Assembly: GCA_903843045.1 (NCBI GenBank)
Contig: CAIMOJ010000046.1
Location: 95,073-159,072, forward strand
DNA length: 64,000 bases
Direction of reading: 5' to 3'
Source: Candidatus Uhrbacteria bacterium
Lineage (GTDB): Bacteria; Patescibacteriota; Patescibacteriia; UBA9934; GWF2-40-263
The stretch's first letter is position 1. Each line of letters starts with the position of its first letter. The notes under the pieces are model-generated. The model did not search any database, was not told the DNA's origin, and saw nothing but the letters and a program-made list of their open reading frames with translations. Below are positions 39,919-49,228 of this stretch, piece after piece. The position numbers and the translations under genes are program-made.

Positions 39919-40659
39919 TTACCGGTTTTTAATCTTCAGCGTCGACGCGATGTCCGTCATGGCCGCCAGCGCCTTGGTCAGCTCGGCGCTGCCCTTGACC
40001 GGAAAGTCGTTCACGACCTTGCCGTCGTAGGCCATGGTAACGACGAGGGCCGGATTCTGGCCGGGGACGTAATCGTTAAAGTACCCGTTGCCCGGGCTCG
40101 TCAGGTACGAGAAGAACCAGACGGTCTTCCCGTTCGTCGGAACCGAGCATCCGGCGCGGGCGTCGTCGGGTCCCACGAAATTGTCGACGCGCGAGAAGCT
40201 GTCGTGCGCGGGCGTCGTCTCCCTCGTGCCGCACTCGCCCGGCCAGTCGGTCACCACCGCGTCCGCGCTGGGCGCTCCCATCGCGATCTCGGCGAACCGC
40301 CCTCCCTCCACGCCGCTCGCCTGCGACGCGTTCACGTTGATGTACAGGATCCACTTTCCATTCGTCACGTTGACGCCGGCAGTGGTCGCGGCTTGCTTGG
40401 CGGTCCAGCCGGCGGGGACGGTCAACGTCAGATCGGCGGTATCATAGACGGTCCCCTTCTTTGCCGAGGCATCCGTCGCGGTGACGGCAGGCGACGTCGG
40501 AACGACCTTCGGATCGGAAGGCGCTACCGCGGACGAAACCGTCGCGTTAACCTGCGACGGACGCTGACGGCGGACGTTCCACGCGGGATAGGAGACGGCC
40601 GCCCCGACGAGAATAAGCGCAACAACCGCGATACCGATCGTCTGTGTCCGATTTGACAT
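39919..40659 (-). CDS. Hypothetical membrane-anchored extracytoplasmic protein
   Basis: Start at MSNRTQTIGIAVVALILVGAAV (ATG 40659). Signal anchor plus a 220-aa domain. The upstream part of the listed ORF is Arg-rich shadow. Confidence 0.55.
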   Translation of the reverse strand: MSNRTQTIGIAVVALILVGAAVSYPAWNVRRQRPSQVNATVSSAVAPSDPKVVPTSPAVTATDASAKKGTVYDTADLTLTVPAGWTAKQAATTAGVNVTNGKWILYINVNASQASGVEGGRFAEIAMGAPSADAVVTDWPGECGTRETTPAHDSFSRVDNFVGPDDARAGCSVPTNGKTVWFFSYLTSPGNGYFNDYVPGQNPALVVTMAYDGKVVNDFPVKGSAELTKALAAMTDIASTLKIKNR

Positions 40660-40811
40660 AGCACCAGATAAGTCACTCAGCGTGGGACTCTCCATTGAGT
40701 GTGGGCTACATCGGCCAGAAGCACAAGGACATTGACGTTCCGCGCACGGTCGACCATTCGGTTGCCCGGGATTCGGCGGGGTTGTTTCCTTTTCAACAAA
40801 AAAACGACGAT

Positions 40812-41735
40812 TCACGCGTCGAGCGTGGTCGCCGTCAGGCCGATGACGAGGTAGTCCGCGAGGGTGCAGTCGGGGGTCGGGTCGAACGTGCGGTACGCTT
40901 CCACGATCTCGGGGCCGTCCGCCACGATGCGGTCCTCGTCGAACGGGACGCCGGAGAACGCCTCGAGGACGCCCGGGGCGAGAGTTCCGTCGCGAATGAG
41001 CGCCCGGAGGATCTTTGCCCAGACGTCCGTGAACGATCCCACGAACTCGGCAAGCTCCTTGTACGCGATTCCAGCCTTGCGCGCGTGATGGGCCGCCCAG
41101 AGAAAATGCCCGCTCCACGACACGAGCTTCTCCGCCTCGTCGTCGACGACCGGGTGCGCGCCGGATTCCATCAGCGACGAGAACGGGTCGACGGCGGCGC
41201 ACAGGAGATCGATCGCGTCCGCGAGCGTGTCCGGATTCTCGGACCATTCGCGCTCCACGAACTCGTTGTCGTCCAGGTCTCCCGCGAGCATCGCGGACAC
41301 GTCCATCAGCCGTAGAAGGAGCTGCTCGTACGCGAGGTGCGCGTCCTGGACGGGATCGTCCGTGGCGCGAATCAGCGACGGAACGGAAGACAGCCGGCGC
41401 AGGAAGCGCGTCATCTCCGGGAGCGTATAGCGCAGCCCGAGCTCCCAAACTTCGCCCGCGATCAGGAGGCCGAACAGGTGGTCGGCCGGATCCGGAAGCG
41501 CCGACGCGATCTCTCCCGCCGCCTCGATCCACCCCTCGAACATCGGCCGGCCCGGCGTCGCCGCGCATGGAGCGCTTGCGTACCGCGCCAGCATCGCCCG
41601 CATGGGGTCGACCGGGTGCGTCCACGAGTGCGCGACCGCGGACAGCCGGTCCTGAAGCCACTCGAACCGGGCGTGGTCGGATGGGAATTCCCCGCCCCGG
41701 ACCTGCGTCGCATATCCCTCGATTTCCTTTGACAT
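40812..41735 (-). CDS. Hypothetical cytoplasmic protein
   Basis: Start at MSKEIEGYATQ (ATG 41735). 308 aa, coding-like GC3. Confidence 0.5.
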   Translation of the reverse strand: MSKEIEGYATQVRGGEFPSDHARFEWLQDRLSAVAHSWTHPVDPMRAMLARYASAPCAATPGRPMFEGWIEAAGEIASALPDPADHLFGLLIAGEVWELGLRYTLPEMTRFLRRLSSVPSLIRATDDPVQDAHLAYEQLLLRLMDVSAMLAGDLDDNEFVEREWSENPDTLADAIDLLCAAVDPFSSLMESGAHPVVDDEAEKLVSWSGHFLWAAHHARKAGIAYKELAEFVGSFTDVWAKILRALIRDGTLAPGVLEAFSGVPFDEDRIVADGPEIVEAYRTFDPTPDCTLADYLVIGLTATTLDA

Positions 41736-41848
41736 TCGTACCTCCGACGTGAGAGTAGACGAGGAAATCCCCTGCGTCAAGAATCGGGTGCCGCTCCTTG
41801 ACGCATCTTCGATTTCCCTCTACCCTACGCGGACACACGGAGCCTCGC

Positions 41849-42442
41849 ATGGCAATCATCGTAGACGCGTGCCCCGCGGAGGCGGGATGGCGCTATCGCC
41901 TCAGGGACACGCAGACGGCACGGTACGTGACCGACGGGACCGGCGCGGTCGAGATCACGGCGGAAATCAAGGCCATGATGGAATGGGGCGGAGTCCAGGA
42001 AAGCCCGGACGCGAATGCCGTCCTGAACCGGTGGCTGAACCTGGCACGTACGCGCGGCAGCAGCGACCTCTCGAAGAAGGCCGTGGAGCCCGCGGACAGG
42101 AAGTGACAGGCGCCGACGGAGACGGATCCGCCGGCCGGACCGCTCCGCTACGCCATCCGGTCGGCAGCCGTTGCTGGACAAATCGTCCAGGGCATCCTGA
42201 ACACCCAGATTGCCGAATGGACGTCCCGTCTCTCCCCCGAGGCGGCCGCGTTCCTGGGAACGTCCTTCGTCATTCCAGAGCTCCTGCGCGGCCCCGGCAC
42301 GGCGGTAATCCGTGCCCGCATCGGCTCGCATGCCGACACGCAGAAGCTCGTCACGGAAATCACCCTCGCCTTGCCCGAGATCGTCTCCGTCGAAACCGAA
42401 TGCGTCGACGATACCATCTCCTTCGTCTTCCGCCTGCGCTAG
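41849..42442 (+). pseudogene. Hypothetical protein gene with an in-frame TGA at 42104-42106 (85 + 111 codons)
   Basis: -35 TTGACG / -10 TACCCT / SD GGAG before ATG 41849. After the TGA the same frame continues for 111 high-GC3 codons with no ATG, GTG or TTG start until close to its end. It ends with TAG at 42440-42442, followed by a terminator-like hairpin. Confidence 0.5.
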
Positions 42443-42522
42443 CGCACGGCGGTTTTTTCTTGACGCTGATTGGGAAATCGTCTAACGTCCCGGCACGATC
42501 AACCACTCACCGGGAGCCAGCG

Positions 42523-43158
42523 ATGAAACTTCTCAGTCCGTTCTTTGACCAGGAAGGCAAGGCGGCGATCATGGGGCTGCGGGACGGGAAAAAATACACC
42601 GCGTTCGTCGTGCACGGCAAGGACGCGGCGCGTCACGTCGTCGCGCGCCACGCGGCAGCCGGCGACCGGCATTGGGAGATGCTCTCGCTCGTCGAGAACT
42701 CGCCGCTTCCCGGGCTGGCCGTCCTCGAGACGGAAATCGTCGACGGAGGGTCGGCGGAAATCGTGCACAGTGCGCTCGCGACGTTCGACGAGTTCGTGGG
42801 TCGGAACGCGCGCATCGACGAGACGGAAGAGGAGACGGCGCTCGCGGGCATCCAGCTGGCGTTCACCAGGCGCGGAAAGAGATCGGGAGGACTCCTGGCC
42901 TATCGGGATCCCGAGCGGAATTCCCACGTGTTCGCCTTCTGCGCGAAGCGCCAGGCGCGAAAGCACGTGCGCCAGCAGCTGATCTGGCTCGACAAGGAAC
43001 CATGCACCGCCATCTCCCAGAACGTCGAGGAGAGCGACCTTGACGACCAGCCACCCGTCAACGCCAACCCCGCGCGGCGCGAGGTCCACATCGTCGGCGA
43101 TCTCGCCACTCGCATCCGCATGGGACTCTACCTCCGAGCGACCAGGACGAAGCTCTGA
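42523..43158 (+). CDS. Hypothetical protein (211 aa)
   Basis: -35 TTGACG / N17 / -10 TAACGT / SD GGGAG before ATG 42523. Terminator GCACCGA-TCGT-TCGGTGC plus a T-tract at 43162-43188. Confidence 0.55.
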   Translation: MKLLSPFFDQEGKAAIMGLRDGKKYTAFVVHGKDAARHVVARHAAAGDRHWEMLSLVENSPLPGLAVLETEIVDGGSAEIVHSALATFDEFVGRNARIDETEEETALAGIQLAFTRRGKRSGGLLAYRDPERNSHVFAFCAKRQARKHVRQQLIWLDKEPCTAISQNVEESDLDDQPPVNANPARREVHIVGDLATRIRMGLYLRATRTKL

Positions 43159-43233
43159 CCCGCACCGATCGTTCGGTGCGTTTTTTATTGGAATGTGCTA
43201 TCGTTTAAGCATTGAAATCGCTCATCCACCCAT

Positions 43234-43764
43234 ATGCGATCCTCTCCATCCCCAAAGCCGCCAGGATTCTGGGAAAACCTGAAAAACGCTCCCGGCGACC
43301 TGATGAAGGAAATCAAGGGGGTCGTCGCGCCGAAGCCGAAGGAGTCTCCGCCGCAGACGACCACGGCCGAATTGAACCGTCAGGAGAAAACAACCGCAAA
43401 ATATCAGGCGCTCCACGCTGCCGACCAGCAGAAAAACGCCCCGGCAATCGACGCGATACGCAACCGGTGGAACCCGCCGCCCATGCGCCCCGTTGAGGCT
43501 CGGCGTCAACGGTCGGCCGTAGAGCAGGACATGGAAGACTCATTCAACGCGACGCCTGCGGGAAGAGAGGTCGGCGCCGCGGTCAAGGCCGGGACGATGG
43601 ACACGCGACCGCTTACTGCGGACGAGATGAGGAGCCGTGACACGAAACGCATGCTCCTCGACGCGCTGCCCGCGGCCAAGACGAAAGCGGATCAGGATCG
43701 TATCTACGCCCAGCTATACGCGCAAAAAGGCAAGCAGGCCGGCGGACAACATCCGAATCTATAA
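43234..43764 (+). CDS. Hypothetical low-complexity/disordered protein (176 aa)
   Basis: Long ORF, Lys/Pro/Ala-rich. A terminator follows it. Confidence 0.45.
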   Translation: MRSSPSPKPPGFWENLKNAPGDLMKEIKGVVAPKPKESPPQTTTAELNRQEKTTAKYQALHAADQQKNAPAIDAIRNRWNPPPMRPVEARRQRSAVEQDMEDSFNATPAGREVGAAVKAGTMDTRPLTADEMRSRDTKRMLLDALPAAKTKADQDRIYAQLYAQKGKQAGGQHPNL

Positions 43765-43765
43765 A

Positions 43766-43797
43766 AAACAGGCACGGGTCAGACCCGTGCCTTTGTG
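43766..43797. terminator. Bidirectional intrinsic terminator
   Basis: AGGCACGGGTC-AGA-CCCGTGCCT flanked by A6 and TTTG. Sits between convergent genes. Confidence 0.55.
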
Positions 43798-44210
43798 ATT
43801 TCCGCTTCGACGATGCGGATGATGTCCATGATGTGCGACATGGGCTTGAAGACCTCGGCGATTCGATGGTCGGCGAAGTACCCGTCGGGGAGGGTTTCGC
43901 GAAACTCCGGCCCGCCGCCATGAACGAGAATGAACGCGATGCGCCGCGCCCGCAGCGTCGGCTCGATCGTCGCGTGGATCGCGATTCCCGTCTCGCCGGA
44001 CAGCGTCTGGTCGCACAGCACGGCGACCACGTCGTCGTGCGCGTCGAGGAGCGCGCAAAGCTGCTCCCCGGACGATCCGGCGGAAGTCGAGAATCGTCCT
44101 TCCATTGCCAGAACGGTCGCGAAGATTTCGCAGATCAGTTGCTCGTCGTCAATCAACAGAACGCGCCCCAAGATGCACTCCTGTCCGGTTGGACAGGATA
44201 ATTGCACCAC
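43779..44210 (-). CDS. Single-domain response regulator (CheY-like receiver)
   Basis: 143 aa with LLIDDE and VLCDQ acidic-pocket/phospho-acceptor motifs. Confidence 0.75.
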   Translation of the reverse strand: MVQLSCPTGQECILGRVLLIDDEQLICEIFATVLAMEGRFSTSAGSSGEQLCALLDAHDDVVAVLCDQTLSGETGIAIHATIEPTLRARRIAFILVHGGGPEFRETLPDGYFADHRIAEVFKPMSHIMDIIRIVEAEITKARV

Positions 44211-44225
44211 GGTTCGCGAAAATAT

Positions 44226-45524
44226 TCAAGCCGCTTCCACCCACGCCCCGTACTGGCGAACGAGCAGTTCCTCCGCCCGCAGCGGCTCGGCCATCAGGTC
44301 CTTCACGACCTTTTCCATCCGTGCGCTCTGCGAACCCTTCACGAGCACGATGTCGCCCTTCTTCACGTTGAAGTCCAGCCATCTCCCCGCCTCGACCGAC
44401 GTCGCGAAGAACTCGACGTTGTGCTCGTCCATCCCGGCCTCGATGGCGCCGCGGCGCGTGTCGCGGCCCTCCTCGTTCACGCAGACGAGAATGTCCGCGA
44501 CCTCGGCGGCGCGCATGCCGAGAAGACGGTGCTCATTTTCGGAGTAGCGGCCGAGCTCGGCCATCTTGCCGAGGACGGCGATGCGACGCGCGTTTTCGTC
44601 GGGAGAGAAAAATCGAAGGACCTCTAGGGCGGAAGCCATCGAGGCGGGCGCGGCGTTATAGGAATCGTCGAGGAGGAGCGTCTCCTTGATGCCCGGCAGC
44701 GGGCGCATGCGTCCGGCCTGGGGTTGGAGCGTTCGGAGCGCGGCGACGATCTCGGAGAGCGGCATGCCGAAGTGTCGTCCGACCGCGGCGGCCGCGAGGG
44801 CGGCGCAGGCCTGGCCGCGGCCGAGGAGGTTTGGCAGGGAGACCTCGGCGCGCTCGTCGCCAACGACGAGGTCGAAGTGGATCTCGCAGAACGGCTCGTC
44901 GGACTGGCAGCGGAGAACGTCGTGCGTCTCGACGTGATAGTTTTCGGCGCGGACGTCGAGGCCTTCCGAGAACCCGTAGGTGACGACGGTTCCGTCGCCT
45001 CGTTCCGCAATCACGAGCGGGTCGTCGCCATTCAAAATCGCGACTCCTCCCCTCTTGAGATGACGGACGATTCCCGCCTTCTCGTGGGCGAGCGCCTCGA
45101 TCGAATCGAAATATTCCGCGTGGACCGGCGAGACGGCCGTGAAGACGGCCACGTCGGGCGGGGCGATCTTGCAGAGCGCGTCCATGTCGCCGGGACGGTC
45201 GATGCCGTACTCGAGCGCGAGGAGGTTCGGATACTTTGCGCGCGGGAGCAGCCAGAGCGCCTTGGCCCGGGCAAGGATGCCCAGCCAGCCCAGAATCGAC
45301 GAACCCGCGGTCTTTTCGCCGACGATCGTCAGCGGGACGCCGAACTCGTTGTTGTAGTTCTCCTCCGGAGACCGAACGACAAACCGACCGTCCAGGACGG
45401 CCGCGATCGCGTTTCGCGTCGAAGTCTTTCCGACCGACCCCGTCACGGCGACGACGGTCGGACGGTAGCGACGAAGGGTCATGCGGGCATGGAAGGCGAG
45501 CAACGATTGGATGAGATATTTCAT
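44226..45524 (-). CDS. murF: UDP-N-acetylmuramoyl-tripeptide--D-alanyl-D-alanine ligase MurF
   Basis: Start at MKYLIQSLLAF (ATG 45524). Mur ligase P-loop VTGSVGKTST. Confidence 0.9.
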   Translation of the reverse strand: MKYLIQSLLAFHARMTLRRYRPTVVAVTGSVGKTSTRNAIAAVLDGRFVVRSPEENYNNEFGVPLTIVGEKTAGSSILGWLGILARAKALWLLPRAKYPNLLALEYGIDRPGDMDALCKIAPPDVAVFTAVSPVHAEYFDSIEALAHEKAGIVRHLKRGGVAILNGDDPLVIAERGDGTVVTYGFSEGLDVRAENYHVETHDVLRCQSDEPFCEIHFDLVVGDERAEVSLPNLLGRGQACAALAAAAVGRHFGMPLSEIVAALRTLQPQAGRMRPLPGIKETLLLDDSYNAAPASMASALEVLRFFSPDENARRIAVLGKMAELGRYSENEHRLLGMRAAEVADILVCVNEEGRDTRRGAIEAGMDEHNVEFFATSVEAGRWLDFNVKKGDIVLVKGSQSARMEKVVKDLMAEPLRAEELLVRQYGAWVEAA

Positions 45525-45544
45525 AGGGTTATGGGGTCCGGAGG

Positions 45545-45592
45545 GTCGAAGGTTCGAAGAGCCGCGGTTCTTCGAACCTTCGACCCTATCCT
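45545..45592. repeat. GGTCGAAGG-family palindrome (18-bp stem hairpin) between ftsI and murF
   Basis: GGGTCGAAGGTTCGAAGAGCCGCGGTTCTTCGAACCTTCGACCC. The same core motif occurs at 10452-10500 and 26718-26760. Confidence 0.5.
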
Positions 45593-45605
45593 CCCTTCTC
45601 ACCCC

Positions 45606-47372
45606 TCAGAGAGGCCGCTCCGGCGGCACTTCGAAATATTGAAGAAGAAACTTCGCGATGTCCCCGAACAGCGGCGCGGCGGACGACTCGGCCCAGGTGA
45701 CGTCGCGCGGATGGTCGATGCGGACGATCATGACGAACCGCGGATTGTTCACCGGGCCGAACCCCGCGAACGAGCCGATCGTCGAGTCAAGCTCGTACCC
45801 GCCGCCGTCCGAACGCGCGACCTGCGCCGTGCCGGTCTTTCCGCCGATGTAATACCCCGGCACGCCCGCCTTCTTTCCGTGCCCGTTTTCGACGACGGAG
45901 ACAAGCATCGCTCCCAGCAGGCTCGCGGTCTTCGGCTGGACGACGCGGCGCACCTCCTGCGGAACGCGCGGATCGTGCGTCCCGTCCGGCTTCACCACGT
46001 CCTCGACGACATACGGCCGCATCAGCATCCCGTTGTTCGCAAGCGCGCCGTACGCCGCCACCATCTGAACCGGCGTGACCGTGATCCCCTGCCCGAACGA
46101 CGCGGTCGCCGCGTAAATCTCCTGTCCGATATCGAGCGACGCGATCGTACCCGACGACTCGGTTTCCATCTCCAATCCCGTTCGGACGCCGAACCCGAAG
46201 TTCTTCACGTACTCGACGAACTTTTCCATTCCCATCTGTCGCATCGAGTACACCATGCCCGTATTCACCGATTCCTCCAGCACGGTCGTCATGTCGATCA
46301 GCCCGTACACCTTGTTCTGCGCGTTCCGGATCGGCCTCGGCCATCCGCTCACCATCACCTCGCCCGTGTCCGTGAACGTGGTCGTGGGCGTCACGGCCCC
46401 GGTATCGACGGCCGCGGCCATCGTGATTGCCTTGAAGATGGATCCCGGCTCGTAGGAGTTGAAGATGGCAGGATTGTTGAAGGAATCGGTGGAAGGAGCA
46501 TTGCGATAATCGCCAGGCTCAAAGTCTGGCGACCCGCACATGGCAAGAATCTTGCCCGTTTTCGGCTCCATGACGATCACGCTTCCGCCGTCCGCCCCGT
46601 GCCGCGCCACGGCCTCCTTCAGCTTGGTGCACGCCTCGTACTGAATCGTGCGGTCTATCGTCAATACCACGTCGGACCCGTTCACCGCCGGCTCGATCGA
46701 GCGCTCCCCGACCGCGATCAAGCGCCCCGCGATGTCGCGCTCGCTGCGTAGGAACCCGGGAGTACCCGTCAGCTCCTGGTTGAAGTATCCCTCGATCCCG
46801 TACTTTCCGGTCATGGTCCCGTCCTCCGACGACCCGACGAACCCCGTCACCTGCCCTCCGAGCCCGGACTCGGGATACAGGCGTCCTTCCTCCCGGATAA
46901 AGTAGATACCGGGTAACTTCAGCGCGATGAGTTCCGAGAGCTTGTCCTCCTTCACGTTGCGCATGATCGGCTCGTAGGGGTCGGTATGCACGTCGAGGTG
47001 CGTCGCAATCGTCTTGACCTTGTCCGCGTCGAACCCGAACAGCGCCCCGAGCTTGTCGGCCGTCCCGATCGCATCCACGACCTTTCGCGGGTCGGCATAC
47101 ACGAACGAAACCTGCTGAACCGTCGCGATCGGAACGAGCGAGCCGTCCTTCATGTCATGGATCAGGATATCGCCGCGGCTCGGGAACAGTTCCTTGAAAA
47201 TCTCATGCTGGCCCGAGGCAAGCGCCACGTACGTGTCGTGGTCGAGCACCTGGAGCACGAACAGCTTCAGCGTGATCGCCACCGCAAACGCAACCATTCC
47301 GTAACGAATGGCATTCATGCGCCACTCGTTGTTTCCCTGCGACAGTGAGGATCCTCGTCGGTGTCGTGTCAT
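45606..47372 (-). CDS. ftsI: Peptidoglycan D,D-transpeptidase FtsI/PBP2-like (class B PBP)
   Basis: Start at MTRHRRGSS (ATG 47372). N-terminal TM, PBP dimerisation domain, and transpeptidase motifs SIFK, SVN and KTGT. Confidence 0.9.
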   Translation of the reverse strand: MTRHRRGSSLSQGNNEWRMNAIRYGMVAFAVAITLKLFVLQVLDHDTYVALASGQHEIFKELFPSRGDILIHDMKDGSLVPIATVQQVSFVYADPRKVVDAIGTADKLGALFGFDADKVKTIATHLDVHTDPYEPIMRNVKEDKLSELIALKLPGIYFIREEGRLYPESGLGGQVTGFVGSSEDGTMTGKYGIEGYFNQELTGTPGFLRSERDIAGRLIAVGERSIEPAVNGSDVVLTIDRTIQYEACTKLKEAVARHGADGGSVIVMEPKTGKILAMCGSPDFEPGDYRNAPSTDSFNNPAIFNSYEPGSIFKAITMAAAVDTGAVTPTTTFTDTGEVMVSGWPRPIRNAQNKVYGLIDMTTVLEESVNTGMVYSMRQMGMEKFVEYVKNFGFGVRTGLEMETESSGTIASLDIGQEIYAATASFGQGITVTPVQMVAAYGALANNGMLMRPYVVEDVVKPDGTHDPRVPQEVRRVVQPKTASLLGAMLVSVVENGHGKKAGVPGYYIGGKTGTAQVARSDGGGYELDSTIGSFAGFGPVNNPRFVMIVRIDHPRDVTWAESSAAPLFGDIAKFLLQYFEVPPERPL

Positions 47373-47373
47373 A

Positions 47374-48606
47374 TCATTGTCCGAGCCCAAAGCCAAAGAG
47401 CGATCCGGTCCCGCTTGGATTCTGTCCGTTCAGAACCTCCTCGCCGTCGCTTTTCCCATCGCCGTCCGTGTCCGCCTTGTTCGGGTTCGTCCCGTAGAAC
47501 GCCTCGACGATCGCGGAAAGCCCGTCATTGTCCGCGTCGTCCGTCGCGTTCGTTGTCTCCACGGGAAGGTGCGCCGCGTCGTTCGTGACAAGCGCGGTCG
47601 CCGGTCTGCCCGCCATATCCGCCGACGATTCCAGCGAGCCGATCATCGCGTTCGCGATCGACGAGAAGCCGACGGTCTTCTTCGAACCCGGCACCTCGCC
47701 ACCGTAGGGAGCGTTGAAATCCGAAAGATTTACGAGAACGTCGACGGTCGCCTTCGTCTTCGGTTCCTCCGCAACCGTCCCAGCGACCTGAAACCGATAG
47801 AGCAGATGGTCGGTCGTCCCGATCCAAAGCCGAACCTTCAGCGATTCCAGCTGCTTGGCCCGAGACTCGACGATCACCCGTTCCGCGTCGTTCGGCTCGC
47901 GATTTTCCTTCGCGCGAATCTCGTCCGCCAGAAACGCCCGAATCGCGTCCGGGTCGAACCGCGCCTCGATCACCCGCGTCGCATGCGCGTCGACGATCTC
48001 GGTCACGTCGTCGTACCGAACGAGAAAGACGTCCGCGACGGAAAGGAGGTCACGCAGGCGAAGGATCGCGTCGTCCGTCCAGGGAGTCGCGGGTTCGAGG
48101 TACGAGGACGTCGCAGGCAACGAGACGATCGGCGCGTCCAGACCCGGCAGCACGGAACCCCACTTCGGCAATTCCCCATCCGCGAAGGAGACCCACGTTT
48201 CCTTCGACGAAAAGTCCACGCCGGGAACGTTCGGTCCCGGCGGCGAGTACGTCAGGTACGTCGTCCCGCCCTTCGTCCTCAGCTCGCCGGACAGGTCCGC
48301 GTACTCCTTCGACGTCTTCAGCCGGAACAGCCGAAACTTCGTATCCTGCTGAATGGACGGCAGACCCGAAAGGTCCATCTGCCCGACGAGATAGAGCGAC
48401 GTCGCCACCCGGGCCTTCCCCTCACCCCGCGTCCAGGAAAACGCCGACCGCTCCCGAACGGTCTGAACCTTCGACATCGCCCGCAGCATCCGCGGAATCT
48501 CGGCCTCGGGCCGAAACTTCATGAAGACCACGTAAACCGCGAAGACGACGATCAAAACGAAAAGCACGGCGGAGGCGATAAAGTAGAGGGCGCGGCGGCC
48601 GTTCAT
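47374..48606 (-). CDS. Hypothetical bitopic membrane protein with C-terminal thrombospondin-type-3-like Ca-binding repeats
   Basis: N-terminal TM (ALYFIASAVLFVLIVVFAVYVV) and a C-terminal DADNDG / DTDGDGKSDGEE region. Sits in the FtsL position upstream of ftsI. Start ATG 48606 (or GTG 48615). Confidence 0.55.
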   Translation of the reverse strand: MNGRRALYFIASAVLFVLIVVFAVYVVFMKFRPEAEIPRMLRAMSKVQTVRERSAFSWTRGEGKARVATSLYLVGQMDLSGLPSIQQDTKFRLFRLKTSKEYADLSGELRTKGGTTYLTYSPPGPNVPGVDFSSKETWVSFADGELPKWGSVLPGLDAPIVSLPATSSYLEPATPWTDDAILRLRDLLSVADVFLVRYDDVTEIVDAHATRVIEARFDPDAIRAFLADEIRAKENREPNDAERVIVESRAKQLESLKVRLWIGTTDHLLYRFQVAGTVAEEPKTKATVDVLVNLSDFNAPYGGEVPGSKKTVGFSSIANAMIGSLESSADMAGRPATALVTNDAAHLPVETTNATDDADNDGLSAIVEAFYGTNPNKADTDGDGKSDGEEVLNGQNPSGTGSLFGFGLGQ

Positions 48607-48624
48607 ATTGCCCACAGTATACTA

Positions 48625-48663
48625 AAAATCCCCGGTCTCTGGAACTCAGAGACCGGGGATTTG
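48625..48663. terminator. Intrinsic terminator (bidirectional-capable)
   Basis: ATCCCCGGTCTC-TGGAACTCA-GAGACCGGGGAT, with a U-tract on the minus transcript after the 48668 gene. Confidence 0.6.
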
Positions 48664-48667
48664 TCCA

Positions 48668-49114
48668 CTATTCGACCAATACGACATCTTCCTCACCGAC
48701 GACGACCCCGACGAACGTCATCACGTCGCCCGTGCTGTCGTTGCGAACGAGACGGATGCGCTCGCCACCGGAGGACTCGTAGTCCGAGAAGCCGTAGCGC
48801 TCGTCGCTGTCCACCGGGCAGTCTCCCTCCGCATCGGTGACGGAACCGACGTCCTCGTACGAGAACTCGTATTCCTTCCCCTGCCAGCCGATGGTCTCGT
48901 TCTCCGGCTCCAGCGCCTCGTCAAGCTGGCGGTAAAACATCAGTTCCTCGTCGCTCGGCGAAATGGCCAGCATCGCCCCGTCCGCCTGGAACAGCCAGAT
49001 CAGCGCATCCCCGCCTTCCAAGGTAACGGATGCCTTTCCAGAATAGGTGAACGGTTCGTTGGAAATTGTGAGCTCGGAGTCCGGCTCGAGGGTCAAAAGC
49101 GCGTCGATCTTCAT
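48668..49114 (-). CDS. Hypothetical acidic protein (148 aa; DUF4178-like, tentative)
   Basis: Start at MKIDALLTLEPDS (ATG 49114). -35 TTGGCG / -10 TATAAT upstream. The listed longer ORF is a shadow of truD. Confidence 0.5.
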   Translation of the reverse strand: MKIDALLTLEPDSELTISNEPFTYSGKASVTLEGGDALIWLFQADGAMLAISPSDEELMFYRQLDEALEPENETIGWQGKEYEFSYEDVGSVTDAEGDCPVDSDERYGFSDYESSGGERIRLVRNDSTGDVMTFVGVVVGEEDVVLVE

Positions 49115-49228
49115 AAAGGGCTGGCTGATTGAATAACAATCGGGATTATAACAGGATATCTGAAATCGCCAAGAGGGGGCATGCGATGGTAGAATACTGT
49201 CAACACTTACTCGCGAGACGAACGACGT

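Noticed and set aside
40660-40811. Imperfect direct repeat TCACTCAGCGTGGGACT / CCATTGAGTGTGGGCTA upstream of the 39919-40659 gene
   Set aside because: Only about 11 of 17 positions match. It is probably a promoter-region coincidence and is not supportable as a feature.
42104-42106. Selenocysteine recoding of the in-frame TGA
   Set aside because: No Cys-containing redox motif flanks it and no obvious SECIS-like hairpin follows it. Other genes in the window use TGA as a plain stop.
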